Assembly (NCBI GenBank): GCA_965649765.1
Contig: OZ287759.1
Coordinates: 48,980,001-49,044,000 of the forward strand
Length of the DNA: 64,000 bases
Reading direction: 5' to 3'
From: Bispira polyomma
Lineage: Eukaryota
This document shows positions 1 through 10,960 of this stretch, one piece after another. The translations under genes were made by a program, and so were the position numbers. Numbering within the stretch: the first letter of the stretch is position 1; each line of letters begins with the position of its first letter. The notes below the pieces were generated by a model. It made no database searches. It was not told the DNA's origin and was given only the letters and a program-made list of their open reading frames with translations.

Positions 1-51
1 AAATTCCTATGATGTCAAGTTTGGTGACAGAAGCTAACAAAAGCATAAATC

Positions 52-1324
52 TTGGGAGAAACTACAGTATGCAAGTTACACCCGGGAAGAAAAGAATCAA
101 AAATAAGAAAAGCGTTGTCTTCTCCAGTTTTAAGCCCAGATATCCACAAAATGGACAGTATGCTTCACTCTATGCAAGATGCCTTTGCAAAAACAACAGA
201 TACCATAATAAACACATTTCAAAAGGACTTCCAGAATGCAATATCATCTTTAACAGAAGAGTTTAGAAGTGAAATGCAGCATTTAAAAGCAAACACTTTT
301 GAAAGGGTGGACCAGTTGGAAAAGACTATTACAGAAATGTCTCGTGTTATAACAGATCAACAGAAAGACATGGCCAGTATGCAAGAAGAAAATAAATATT
401 GGAAAGTAAAATCCAAGATCTGGGAAGGCAGGATTACATGAAATGAAAAGGAGCTAGCCAATGTTCAGGAAGATATGTTACAGCTCACAACAAGACAAGC
501 GAGGGAAAACTTGATATTTTATAATATTGAAGAAACCAATAGTGAAACTCCAGATCAAGCTAGAGAAACACTTCATGGAAAAGGAGATGAAAATTAGTGA
601 AAGAGATATGAACTTGATTAAATTGGATAGAGCTCACAAAACAGGAAAGCGCAATGCTTGGAGACATAGACCAATAGTTGCCAGGTTTTTAACAACAGAA
701 AGCAAAACTATTATCCTAAAACATGCCAAAAACATAGACAATACTAGACAGGAAAAGAAGCAAGGTGTTTCAGAACAGTTTCCTTTGGAATTGGTAGAGA
801 GGAGAGCACAATTAAGACCACAGTACTGACAAGCTATAAGAAATCAAAAAGACGTGAAATGTGCATTGGATCAACTGATTATAAATGGAAGAGCTCTTGA
901 AGTTCCAAAATACAAAATTAAAAACATTAATTATTGTGCAGAAGACAATGCCCTACAAATGCAACCCATTCAGGCTCCCTCTAGAGATTATGATGGCAGT
1001 ACTTTCCAGGGACACTGTGTTAAAATACAGAATCAGGATGATGTTATTGCTGGACTGCATGCTGTTTGGATGGACTCCAGAGTGGCTCGAGCAGATCATA
1101 ACATATATGCGTATCGGTAGCAAGCAGCAGATGGTCATATAATCAAACACTACGTGGACGACAGGGAATACGGCAGTGGTAGACGGGTTCTGGATGTGCT
1201 TGAGAAAAAGAACGGGGTTAATCACCTAGTGGTTGTCTCAAGGTGATTTGGAGGGAAACATCTAGGGCGTGCCAGATTTGATCATATAAAAAAAGCTGCA
1301 AGTCTAGTTTTAAATGAACTTTAG
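52..1324 (+). pseudogene. LINE ORF1p: coiled coil + L1-type RRM/CTD (Transposase_22-like) + C-terminal IMPACT/YigZ (UPF0029) domain
   Basis: Heptad-rich N-terminus, then RQARENLIFYNIEE, DRAHKTG..RPIVARF, VSEQFPLELVERRAQL and DQLIING (L1 ORF1 motifs). The same frame continues as GSTFQGH...ARADHNIYAYR*QAADGHIIKHYVDDREYGSGRRVLDVL...NHLVVVSR*FGGKHLGRARFDHIKKAA. Stops at 439, 827, 1118 and 1244, and one frameshift near 570. Confidence 0.85.
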
Positions 1325-1660
1325 TGTGCTGTTTGGGACAGGTAACTTATGTTTGATAATATTAAAGAGTAATAAAAGCATTTTGCGGGTATATTGTGGA
1401 GGAACTTTTAAAATGCAGGTATTTGGCAATAAAGACATTAATTTTGTTATTGATAAATATTTTGCAGAACTATTTTGGATTATAATTTCTTTTTAACTGT
1501 TTTGTAATGAATACATATATGTTGTAGGAACTTTTTTAACATTAGAGAATGAATATAGCAGAACTCAATTGAAAACTGTGAGAAAACTTTTTATACTTTA
1601 TTATGAATATATTTTTTTCTTTTTTTTTTATCTTCAAAAGAATGTGTGTGTATATATATA

Positions 1661-3486
1661 TGTTACAGTAAATATGTGAAATCAGTAAATACGCGTATTT
1701 ACTGAAAATTCAGTAAATACGTGTATTTACTGATTTGGTCAGTAAATACGCGTAATCTCTAAAAATTTCAGTAAATACGCGTACTTACTGGTTTTGGGCC
1801 TGCATTATTTCACAAGTTTACTGGTGGTCATTTCACTAAACATGTGTAATGTGAAAATTTCACTCAAGGGTTTTATTGATATTTAAAAGATAAATATCAG
1901 TGTTTGGTGAATTCATCAGTCTTTCTCATGCATATAATATACATGTAGTATTATTTGGTGTTTTGTGTTGAAAGTTATTTAAGAATCTGGGTTTAGTTAG
2001 GTCACTTTAAAGAATGCTACATCACATGTATTTTGTATTCATATTATTGTCCATTTACACAAGTGTGGTCAAAATATTGGTTTACCCATAGTATATACAA
2101 ATTAAACACTCTAATTTGGTTTACATTTAAAATTGAATAATTATAAAACTGTGAAAATAAAATATAATTTTAAATTACTTTTTTTTTAAATAAAGACTAA
2201 AGGATATTAGTTTGGTTTACATTTAAAATTGAATAATTATAAAACTGTGAAAATAAAATATAATTTTAAATTACTTTTTTTTAAATAAAGACTAAAGGAT
2301 ATAAGGTACTAGTTTGTAAAACTTTCTTTTGATATTATTATAACCAGTTAACTGTGGCTTCTACAGCATCCAAATATCATCCAAGACTCAATTACATGTC
2401 TGTACAGGCCACACTGGCTTTAAAGGTAATTTGATAAATAGATGAAATGAACCCTTTACAAACCCTTCTTTTGATGTACCTAAAACTGTAAAATGTGGTT
2501 TCTGTGTAAGGTAAATCTTAAAGACTCACAATTGCCTATGTTGCATGCTGGTCATCCAATTATATGTGATACTTGTGGCTTCTTAACATTAAATACAATT
2601 ACAGGTAAGTTGAGGTGTGGCTTCTTAGTTTGTGAAATCCATTGGGCCAGATTGAGAAGGTTCAAAATAATCACCCATTGAATTTAATGTTAGCCATTAA
2701 TTGTAATTATCACATACTGTTGTACATAAATAAAGACTGCTGCCTGCTATCAATTCATTTAAGATTTGTACATGTGCAAAATAGCTGATTTAGTTAAACA
2801 TAGATTTAAGCAAGATTTATACACTACATTTTAGCAAACTAAAAAATTGTTTATGTAAAAAGATTAATATTTTTACATAAGTAAAGAGATAAAAAATGCT
2901 GACCAAAAAAAGAGCAGATATATTTACTTACTATTACCAACCACTTATAAATGTACATATTTTCTGTAATAATGTAATTAATTAATTGGTGTCATTTACT
3001 AGATAAAATATACCACATGACATGTAATATATGAGAAAATGTCATTTATATGAGCAAATCTATTTCAAAAGTCATTTTTAGGTGTAAATATATATTTTGA
3101 AGACTACTTGCAACATATTGGTGTAATAATTGAATGATATGTAGAACATACACTTAGGACAGAGAACATAGTATATATGTACATGTATATATAATGTGTC
3201 CAAATAAATTGACCTAAATATAGATGGATTCTTTAATAACTTGTAAAATCACCACTACCACGTAATTATACATCATATGGATGAAAAAGACTTAATGTGG
3301 CTAGTTAATCATCACTTAAAGAATAATAAGACAATTCAGTAAATACGTGAACTTACTGGGCCCAAAAACCAGTAAGTACGCGTACTTACTGAAATTTTTA
3401 GGGATTGATTGGGTCAGTAAATACACGTATTTACTGAAATTTCAGTAAGTACGCGTATTTACAGATTTCACATATTTACTGTAACA
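1661..3486. mobile_element. Non-autonomous DNA transposon (TGT...ACA termini, ~140-bp composite TIRs) inserted in a (TA)n tract
   Basis: Left end TGTTACAGTAAATATGTGAAATC; right end GATTTCACATATTTACTGTAACA. TIRs are built from the palindrome CAGTAAATACGCGTATTTACTG. TATATATA flanks both sides. No coding capacity. Confidence 0.9.
2115..2302. repeat. Near-perfect ~93-bp tandem duplication inside the TIR element
   Basis: TTTGGTTTACATTTAAAATTG...ACTAAAGGATAT occurs at 2115-2207 and 2211-2302; the copies differ by one T in a T-run. Confidence 0.95.
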
Positions 3487-3891
3487 TATATATAATTATC
3501 TTCAAAAGGATATGCGTATTCTTTTATAGTTAAAATCAAAATCGCTTATTATTAAGTTACAGAACAGGACAAACAACTAAAATGATAATGAAAATGCATC
3601 TTTGGAAATGTTTTGAAGGGATTAATTTAATGTTTGGTAATTTAAATCAATTAATTTTATGTTCGGTATTTTACACTCTTAATATAGAGAGATAAAGAGA
3701 CATTTGAAGAGGGTTGCTCTGCCAACCAATCCTGTGTAAACTCTGTTGTGTGTGTTTTTTGTCATATCCAGTCCTCAGTTATTGTGGTGTTGGCTGGTAG
3801 TTAGTGTGTAACCTGTTTTGTGTTTCTGTCAGTTTATTGTGAAACCTGTGTTTAAGTGTTTGTGTTGTTTATTGTTATGTCATAACCAGTT

Positions 3892-4410
3892 ATGTTAGAT
3901 GAAATGTCGGCAAAGCATACTACAGTAGGTAAACTATCATTGCTTAGAGCAAATGTTAGGGGTATTATTAACTTTATATTTACTTATATTAAACAATTAG
4001 TATATTTACTTATATTAAACAAGAAAATTATGATGTTGCTTTTTTACAAGAGACATACTGTACAATGGAACATGAACAACTTTGGCAAAAAGAGTGGGGA
4101 GGGATTTTAATTAGTGCAAATGGGACAAACCACAGTAAAGGTGTTATGATTCTTTTAAAAGACACTCTTCATTATAACGTATTAAATAAGACAATAGACA
4201 ACCTGGGACGATTTATTATAATTCAAGTACATATTGAGGGAAAGACATTTGTTTTAATAAATATTTATGCTCCTAACACTGATGTTGAACAAATAAAATA
4301 TTATGAAGATTTATCGCATGTTATAGAACATGAAAACATAAATGATAATATAATTATTGGAGGGGATTGAAATTTAGTTCAGAATTTAAATTTTGATGAA
4401 AAGGTTGGAA
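3892..4410 (+). pseudogene. LINE ORF2 apurinic-like endonuclease, N-terminal part
   Basis: LSLLRANVRGI, KEWGG..SANGTNHSKGVMILL, GRFIII, LINIYAPN, IIIGGD*N: canonical APE motifs of L1/Tx1. Confidence 0.9.
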
Positions 4411-4633
4411 TTTTTTTTTTTTATCACGCTTCTTTATTACACAAAGTATAGAAGATAACAAACACAAGTTGACAAGTTACTTCAACGTACAACAGATAAA
4501 TACATAGAATTGTTGAATATAAAATAATCTCAATTTCAACCACTGTACATCATTGGGATTTACATTCTGAAGCTTGTGAAATCCTTGCCCATTTTGCAGT
4601 GATATAGTTCTAGAATTAAATAGGATGTCATAT

Positions 4634-4793
4634 ATAGTGGAACCTGGTGAATCTGAAGGGACCATAAAAATGCCAAACTCTGCTCAACAGGGTCAATTTT
4701 AATTATAAATATAGCAACGGGACACTTTAAAATAACTTCTACTTAACAAGTAATTTCACTTATCAAAATTCTACTTAAATGGGTTTGACTGTA
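4634..4793. mobile_element. Tc1/mariner-pogo-like MITE remnant within the transduced segment
   Basis: TA(T)AGTGGAACCT ... GGGTTTGACTG-TA degenerate TIRs with TA flanks. Confidence 0.45.
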
Positions 4794-5170
4794 TATACCA
4801 TTTTTTATTATAGTTAGTATGACAAAGTTCTTTCGTTGCTCTGTTAAAAAACCCGGTTTTATTGCTGTTATTTAATTCATGTTATAATGCATTGCACCTC
4901 TGCTAATAATAATCATGATAAAGAAAGTATTACACTATTTCAAGAAACAGATGCCCATTGTCTACTGTCTATTAACTTGACCAAAAGATTCCTGTGATAT
5001 TAAAAAATTCCTTGATCTTTGAGCATACACGACCATTAATATTAAGTAGGGAATCTTATTTAAAATCTCAAAATAAACGTCTACTATTTGTAATCACAGT
5101 CTAGCCTACGCGACATTACACACAATATAGAAGATGCCAATGGATAAATGTTGATTATCTAACAACACCG

Positions 5171-5171
5171 T

Positions 5172-5206
<35 letters not shown>

Positions 5207-5242
5207 GTTAAAATAGTCTTTTTTTTTTTTTTTTTTTTTTTT
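5171..5242. repeat. (TA)n tract and 24-nt T-run (internal poly(A) of the minus-strand LINE)
   Basis: Read directly from the sequence. Confidence 0.9.
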
Positions 5243-5477
5243 AAAATTTTTCGCATTGATACACAGAACTTCACGCATACATACACAGAACATTCGCACA
5301 ACATAAAATATACATACACAAATACAAATGAATGTACACACACAGAACAATGAAGATAAAAAAAAGAAAACAAAATGGAAGTCCTTTGGTGTTACTTTGT
5401 AACATATGTTTCAAACAAATGGTAAAAATTTAAAAAACACCATGGTTTTGCAAGGAAAGCTGATAAAAAGGCCAAAA

Positions 5478-6955
5478 CTAAACCTCCAACAGATCCACTA
5501 AGGGACTCCACTTTTTAATAAAAACATCTTCTGTTTTGTTATATTGAATTATTATATTCCACTCTACCTTATAAATGTCTCTAAATTTGGCTAAAGCCCC
5601 ACCGACACTAAGATTTTGACCACAACATTTTGTTACATATATATATAATTTTGCTAACATTAACAGATGATTTATAAGCCTTTCATTATGTGGCATCGGA
5701 GCACCGAGTAAAATAGATTTGATATTCAGTACCTCTTGTAAATTGATGTATTGTTCCAAACATTTTGCCAAATCTTTCCAAAACCGATTGACCACTTAGC
5801 ACTCCCAGAACAGATGTTCTAGTGTTTCAGTTGCATTTTTACAAAAATAGCATTTGTCTTCTTTTATTTGGCAAACATTTAGAAATTTATTGGTGGTTAA
5901 AATTCGTTGCAGAATTTTGTACTGAAAACTCTTAGTCTTACTATCAATTGTAGACCGAAAGTTCAAGAGATAGTATTCTGTCATATCGTCTTTGGTAATT
6001 TGAGCTTTTAAGTTTTCAGACCATTTATTTATATGGTTTCTCTTTACATCTAATGAGTTTATTAGTTTCTGGTAAGTTTCCTTGCAGACTTTTGACATGA
6101 CCAGTAGATCCCTTAAAACTGGTTGAAAGACTTGACCTTCACTTAATTTAGCCTTGTGTTCAAGCAGTAATGTCCTCCATAAGCATGGGATCGAATATTT
6201 AAGTGAGTAGAAGTCAACAAAGTTTATATTTACTTTATATAAATTTACAAAGACTTCATAACCCATAAAAACTCCAGATCTGTCTAAAAGGTCATTTACG
6301 TAAAGAACACCCTTCTGCTGGAGCTCATCCCTCCTGCACAAAATGTTGCTATTTTTAAAAAGTAAGAGTTCCAAATAGGGTATGTTCTTATATTAATCTC
6401 ATCCACAAAATTTTCTTTATAGACGGTCCAAGAGTTCAAAACATCTTTCCAAAAGAGATTGGATACCATGTTGTAGAGAAGTCTTAATGAGCAGACATCC
6501 AATAACCATATATCTCTTTTATTAGGTGTTACATTTGTTTCAAAGATGTATTGCCAATCACCATCTGTTTTTACCAAATTTTGAATCCATGTCAATTTTA
6601 ATGCTAAATTCAAAAACCTAAGATTTGTCAACTTTAGTCCTCCATCGGGTATGTCTTTTTCAAGCTGGGACAGCTTAATTCTAGGTTTTTTGTCATCCCA
6701 GAGGAACTTTCGAAACATTTTGTGAATGTTGTTAAAAAATTCTGAAGTGGGTGAAGGTAAAACTTTCATAATATATATCAGTTTAGGTACAGCTAAAGTC
6801 TTTAGTATTGTTACTTTACCAATCAGGGAAATTTTTCGCTTTTTGTATGCCAGCAAAGTATTCTCTATTGCTACAAGTTTTGAGTTGTAGTTCTGATCCA
6901 TCATTACTGTTAGGTCAGTGTCAAAATTAATGCTAAGTAGTGTAAATGAGTTGGA
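5478..6955 (-). pseudogene. L1/Tx1 ORF2 C-terminal half (post-RT region + CCHC zinc finger)
   Basis: KRKISLIGKVTILKTLAVPKLIY, FRKFLW, DGGLKL, PIWN, FQYKILQRILTTN, CYFCKNATETLEHLFWEC, INHLLMLAKLYIY. Only one frameshift (~6370) and one stop (5796). Confidence 0.9.
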
Positions 6956-6966
6956 GTTGGAATTTT

Positions 6967-7358
6967 ATCAAGTAAAAGATCCTCCAAATCAGTACAAAAT
7001 ATGATAAACAAGGTAGAACTTGTAGATATTTGGAGACTTCAAAACCCAACAACAAAAAGATACACATTGCGACGAAAAAACCACAAATACATTGTAGATT
7101 AGGTTATTGGATGATATCCTATAACTTAATAGATTGGGTCACACATACAAATATTTGAACTTCATTTCAGAGAAGGAAATTTTATTTGGAATACTCGAAA
7201 GTGATCATAAAAATAATATTGTGAATCAAATGAATACAATTATACTTTATGCTAAATATTACATCTGGAAGTCAAAACTAGCAAAAAAACATCCAACCAT
7301 CGAAGAATTTAAAAAAACTATGCAATGTTCAGTTGTATATAATAATATTGTTATGTAA
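6967..7358 (+). pseudogene. Continuation of the host LINE endonuclease, fused to the extreme ORF2 C-terminus
   Basis: MINKVELVDIWRLQNPTTKRYT...HCRLGYWMIS (APE C-terminus), immediately followed by EKEILFGI...NTIILYAKYYIWKSK. Confidence 0.8.
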
Positions 7359-8499
7359 TAACATTACTTTTATAGGTAAATATATTTTTCAATAGCTGGG
7401 TGTGACAATGTTTGTCCTGTGAAAATTGTTCGCTGTCTTGTGCTGTAAGTGTCCTGTGGAGTCTTTGTGTCCTTTTGTATTAAAAATGTAAATCCTGTGG
7501 AGTCTTGTGTCCCTTTATCCTTTTGTATTAAAAATCTAATAACTATAGGTCTATTACTTTTGTATTTGTTAAATAAAACATGTATTAGTACATTGTAATT
7601 TGAAGCATTAAAAGATTTACACAGAAAAAAAATTAATGACAATGAGAAAGGTAAAACAGAAAGGACAGTAGTGCAATCTGAATTATCAGGCAAGCACAGT
7701 AAAGTAGAACAGTTTAAATTCATTGATGATTGTGGTCTTGATATTTATATCAGTAGTAGAATTGTAGATAATAGACACGTATACTATGGAGCCGACAAAA
7801 TAGACTCAAAGTTTACAGGAATTTATATGGAAATGTCAGAAAAGGAGAGCCTGATATTACAGGATGCTTGTTATAATGCACAGGACATATGGCCACTTAT
7901 GTACTATATGTCTACAGGGGTCAAGGTCATCAAACATAGACCTGACTGTAAAGGAAAAATGAAAAAAGGGAACAAACCTACGATTGGAAAAACACAATAC
8001 TATAAAAATATCATAGATAAGATAATACAAACACAGGTCATTGAAAAGACAGAAAACAATAAAAAAAACAAAAAAAAACAAGAACAAACAAAACAAAAAC
8101 AAAAGATAATACAGACAAATAAAAACATACAAACGGACAAAAAATAAATTTTAGAACCTACACACATAGTAAAGAAAAAACACACAAAAGCGAACACAGA
8201 TATACCACCAAACTTAAGTGATAACACATCAGCAGTAATCACTTATACAATATGAGAAGAATGACATAGTCGGCAAAGACAATAAAACATAAGGACAAAA
8301 GTACAAAAACAAGTACAGACAGGCGATGACAGAAAATATGTGTTTATAACTCTAGACGATATGCAGTTCACATTTATAGGATCCCGTAAGGAAGTAGTAG
8401 ACATTTACATAATATAAGTATTATATATATAATTTAAAATATTATAAAAACTGACTATAAGTAACTGACATAATTAGAAAGACAAATAAGGCCAACTAT

Positions 8500-10048
8500 A
8501 TACAGAAGCACGAATACCTATTGAGAGTGGTCTAACTATTGAAAATTGGAATAGACACTTGAAAAAGTGTCCAGATAGACTTGTACTGCAATATCTGGCT
8601 TTTGGCTTTCCTATCTCACTGTATGATAGAAATAGACTAGATACTAAACATATTGAAAACCATTATTCAGCAAACATATTTCCTGAATATATAGATAATT
8701 ACTTTGTGACAGAAAAAAGCTAAAAACACAATAATAGGACCAATTTAGGGAAATATACATGAAGAATTTCATCGTTCTCCACTTTTAACATGACCAAAGG
8801 ACAATAACCAAAGAAGATTGATTTTAAACTTGTCTCACCCTTTAGGATTTTGTGTCAACGAATGTACCCAGAAAGACATTTATGATGACATACATTTTGA
8901 ATTTAAACTTCCGACAATAGATCAGATAGTAAACCACATCCAGGTAATAGGAGAAAGCGCCGTACTCGCGAAAGTCGATATTGTAGATCCTATAGACAGT
9001 TTTAAAGTGGGATATAAATGGAATAATTACCATTACATTGATCAAGCGTGGACTTTTGGCTTAACTCATAGCACTTGGGTGTTAACGAGAGTTTCTAATT
9101 TGATTACTCATATATTACAAGAACATAACTATAAAGTCTTTAACTATATAGACAATTGTATCATCGTAGAGATGGATTTGAAGGCAACGTCAGTGTATGT
9201 ATTTTTGCAAGATTTAATACAAGAATTAGGATTACCAATAAGTACGAAAAAGCTTGTAGCACCCATAAAAAAGGTGACATGCATGGACTTCTCAATAGAT
9301 ATCACTAACAAAACACTGAGTATAGATGACAAAAAACTAGAAAGTATATATAACATATGTTTATCTTTTCAAGAAATAAAAAAGGTAAAAAAGAACAAAT
9401 ACCAAACATTATTGGGAAAGTTGTTGTATATACTTAGATGTATAAAACCCCCAAGAGTGTTTATAAATTAGATGTTGAAACTACTACGAGACTCAGTTAA
9501 TCAGAAAACGATTACTTTGAACGATAAATTTTATAAACACCTGAAATGGTTTATAATTTTTTTAAAACAGTTCAATAGTACGAGATACATCCTTACAAGT
9601 CGATGCACGCCTTCAAGTCCCAGGAGGAATCTCGGGAATGGACCTTTTTACAACAGCGCTTCCAAGATTTATTACACAGGCATACAGTATTCTGCATTTT
9701 AAAATAATTAGTATAGTAATAGACTTTAAGTTGTGGACTATAAAATGGCAAAATAAAACTATACAAATACATTCAGATAAGGCAGCTGTAGTGTGTGCAG
9801 TGCGGTCGTCGAAAACCTGAGATAAGTTTTTAAGTACCTGTTTATGAAACTTGTAGCTGACTTGTGCACACTACAATATTGATGTACACGTTGAATACAT
9901 TGTAGGAAAACGAAATATCATAGCCGATACTTTATCAAGATGGCATGATTTGGGACCTCAAACACCACAAAAACACAAACTAATATGTAACAAATTTAAT
10001 ATGACCAGAGTTCCTATTGATCCATTTGTACTTGACAATGACATTTAA
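8500..10048 (+). pseudogene. DIRS/Ngaro reverse transcriptase + RNase H
   Basis: ARIPIESGL..W..QYLAFGFP, RRLILNLSHPLG..VN, LPTID, LAKVDI, FGL, NYIDN (YxDD), LGLPISTKK, LLGKLLY; RNase H WQNKTIQIHSD.AAVV and VEYIVGKRNIIADTLSRW. Confidence 0.88.
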
Positions 10049-10059
10049 TTGTTTTTCAG

Positions 10060-10960
10060 ACAATACAGACACTTTGCGACCACTACTGACAGCAGCAATA
10101 AACAGGATAAAAACAAGAACCAAGAACCATTACAATGTATGAAGGTCAAATTAGACTAAATTTGGCGTTTGTCATATATCACCATATACAACAAACTTTT
10201 AACTTCTGTACAATTCTGACATTTTGAAAAACATCATGGGATAGAACACAAACATTTCATGATGCAAGAATAGCATCTTATCAAATATTATTGAGTATAA
10301 ATTCTTAATTTAGACCAAAACCCAAAGAGATTTTTGATTTGCAACAATTGCACACAATTTTAAGACAGTGTCAATGACTTCCTTTTTCAGAATTGTACAG
10401 TACAGCTTTTTTGTTTGCTTATTTTGGATTTCTCAGGATATCCAACCTCACACCACAATCAGTAACAATTTTTCATGTGACAAGACACATTAAAAGATCT
10501 AATATAAATTTTTTTACCCTGGCATATACTTAGTGTTAAAAGGGTCTAAAAGAACCAAACAAGGATAAAAATAGACATCATACAAATTCCAAAATTGAAA
10601 AACGCAGTTTTGTCCAGTTTGTCCAGTAAATGCGGCAAGAGCACTTTTTCAAAAATATCCTCTGCCAGGAAATGCACCATGACTTGCAGATCCTTTGGCT
10701 AAAGGGCAATGTGTCAACAAAGTGACATTTCACCAATAGGACATTCCTTCCATTGGCTAAAGGGCAATGTGTAACAGAAACAAAATTTAAAACTATTTTG
10801 AAAATATCTTGCAACAAAGTGACATTTCACCAATAGGACATTCCTTCCATTGTTTTAGACGGCCAGGACATCCTTGGCTTTCAACAACAATGTAAAGCTA
10901 CAGAATATACAATAACATGGATGCTGGAAATCTGATGCTGTTTGGACTTTTTTTAAAATG
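10060..10960 (+). pseudogene. Tyrosine recombinase of the DIRS/Ngaro element
   Basis: AFLFAYFGFLRISNLTP (box I Arg), GHSFHCFRR (HxxR) and HGCWKSDAVW (box II), read across frameshifts. Confidence 0.85.

Larger units (their letters stand above)
4411..6955 (-). mobile_element. 5'-truncated L1/Tx1 insertion with 3' transduction, flanked by TSD GTTGGAATTTT
   Basis: TSD at 4404-4414 and 6956-6966. ORF2 C-terminal half at 6955-5478, internal poly(A) at 5242-5219, ~800 bp of extra DNA, AATAAA at 4438-4433 and terminal poly(A) at 4422-4411. Confidence 0.85.
52..7358 (+). mobile_element. L1/Tx1-clade non-LTR retrotransposon (host element), decayed, internally deleted (no RT), interrupted by two insertions
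   Basis: ORF1 at 52-1324, then a spacer, then ORF2 APE endonuclease at 3892-4410 that resumes at 6967-7133 and is joined directly to the ORF2 C-terminal motif ILFG...NTIILYAKYYIWK (7134-7358). Confidence 0.85.

Noticed and set aside
854-1324. Host IMPACT gene
   Set aside because: No RWD domain, no introns, internal stops, and it is fused in frame to LINE ORF1 motifs upstream of an APE ORF2.
1683-1790. Repeated palindromic 22-mers resembling a CRISPR array
   Set aside because: Spacers are only a few bases, the array is mirrored at 3277-3470 as a TIR, there are no cas genes, and the context is eukaryotic.
5155-5373. ORFs with poly-Lys and IY repeats
   Set aside because: These are translations of a LINE 3'UTR, poly(A) and (TA)n.
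7857-8242. Phe/Leu-rich minus-strand ORFs resembling membrane proteins
   Set aside because: Antisense of an A-rich low-complexity stretch in the DIRS element.
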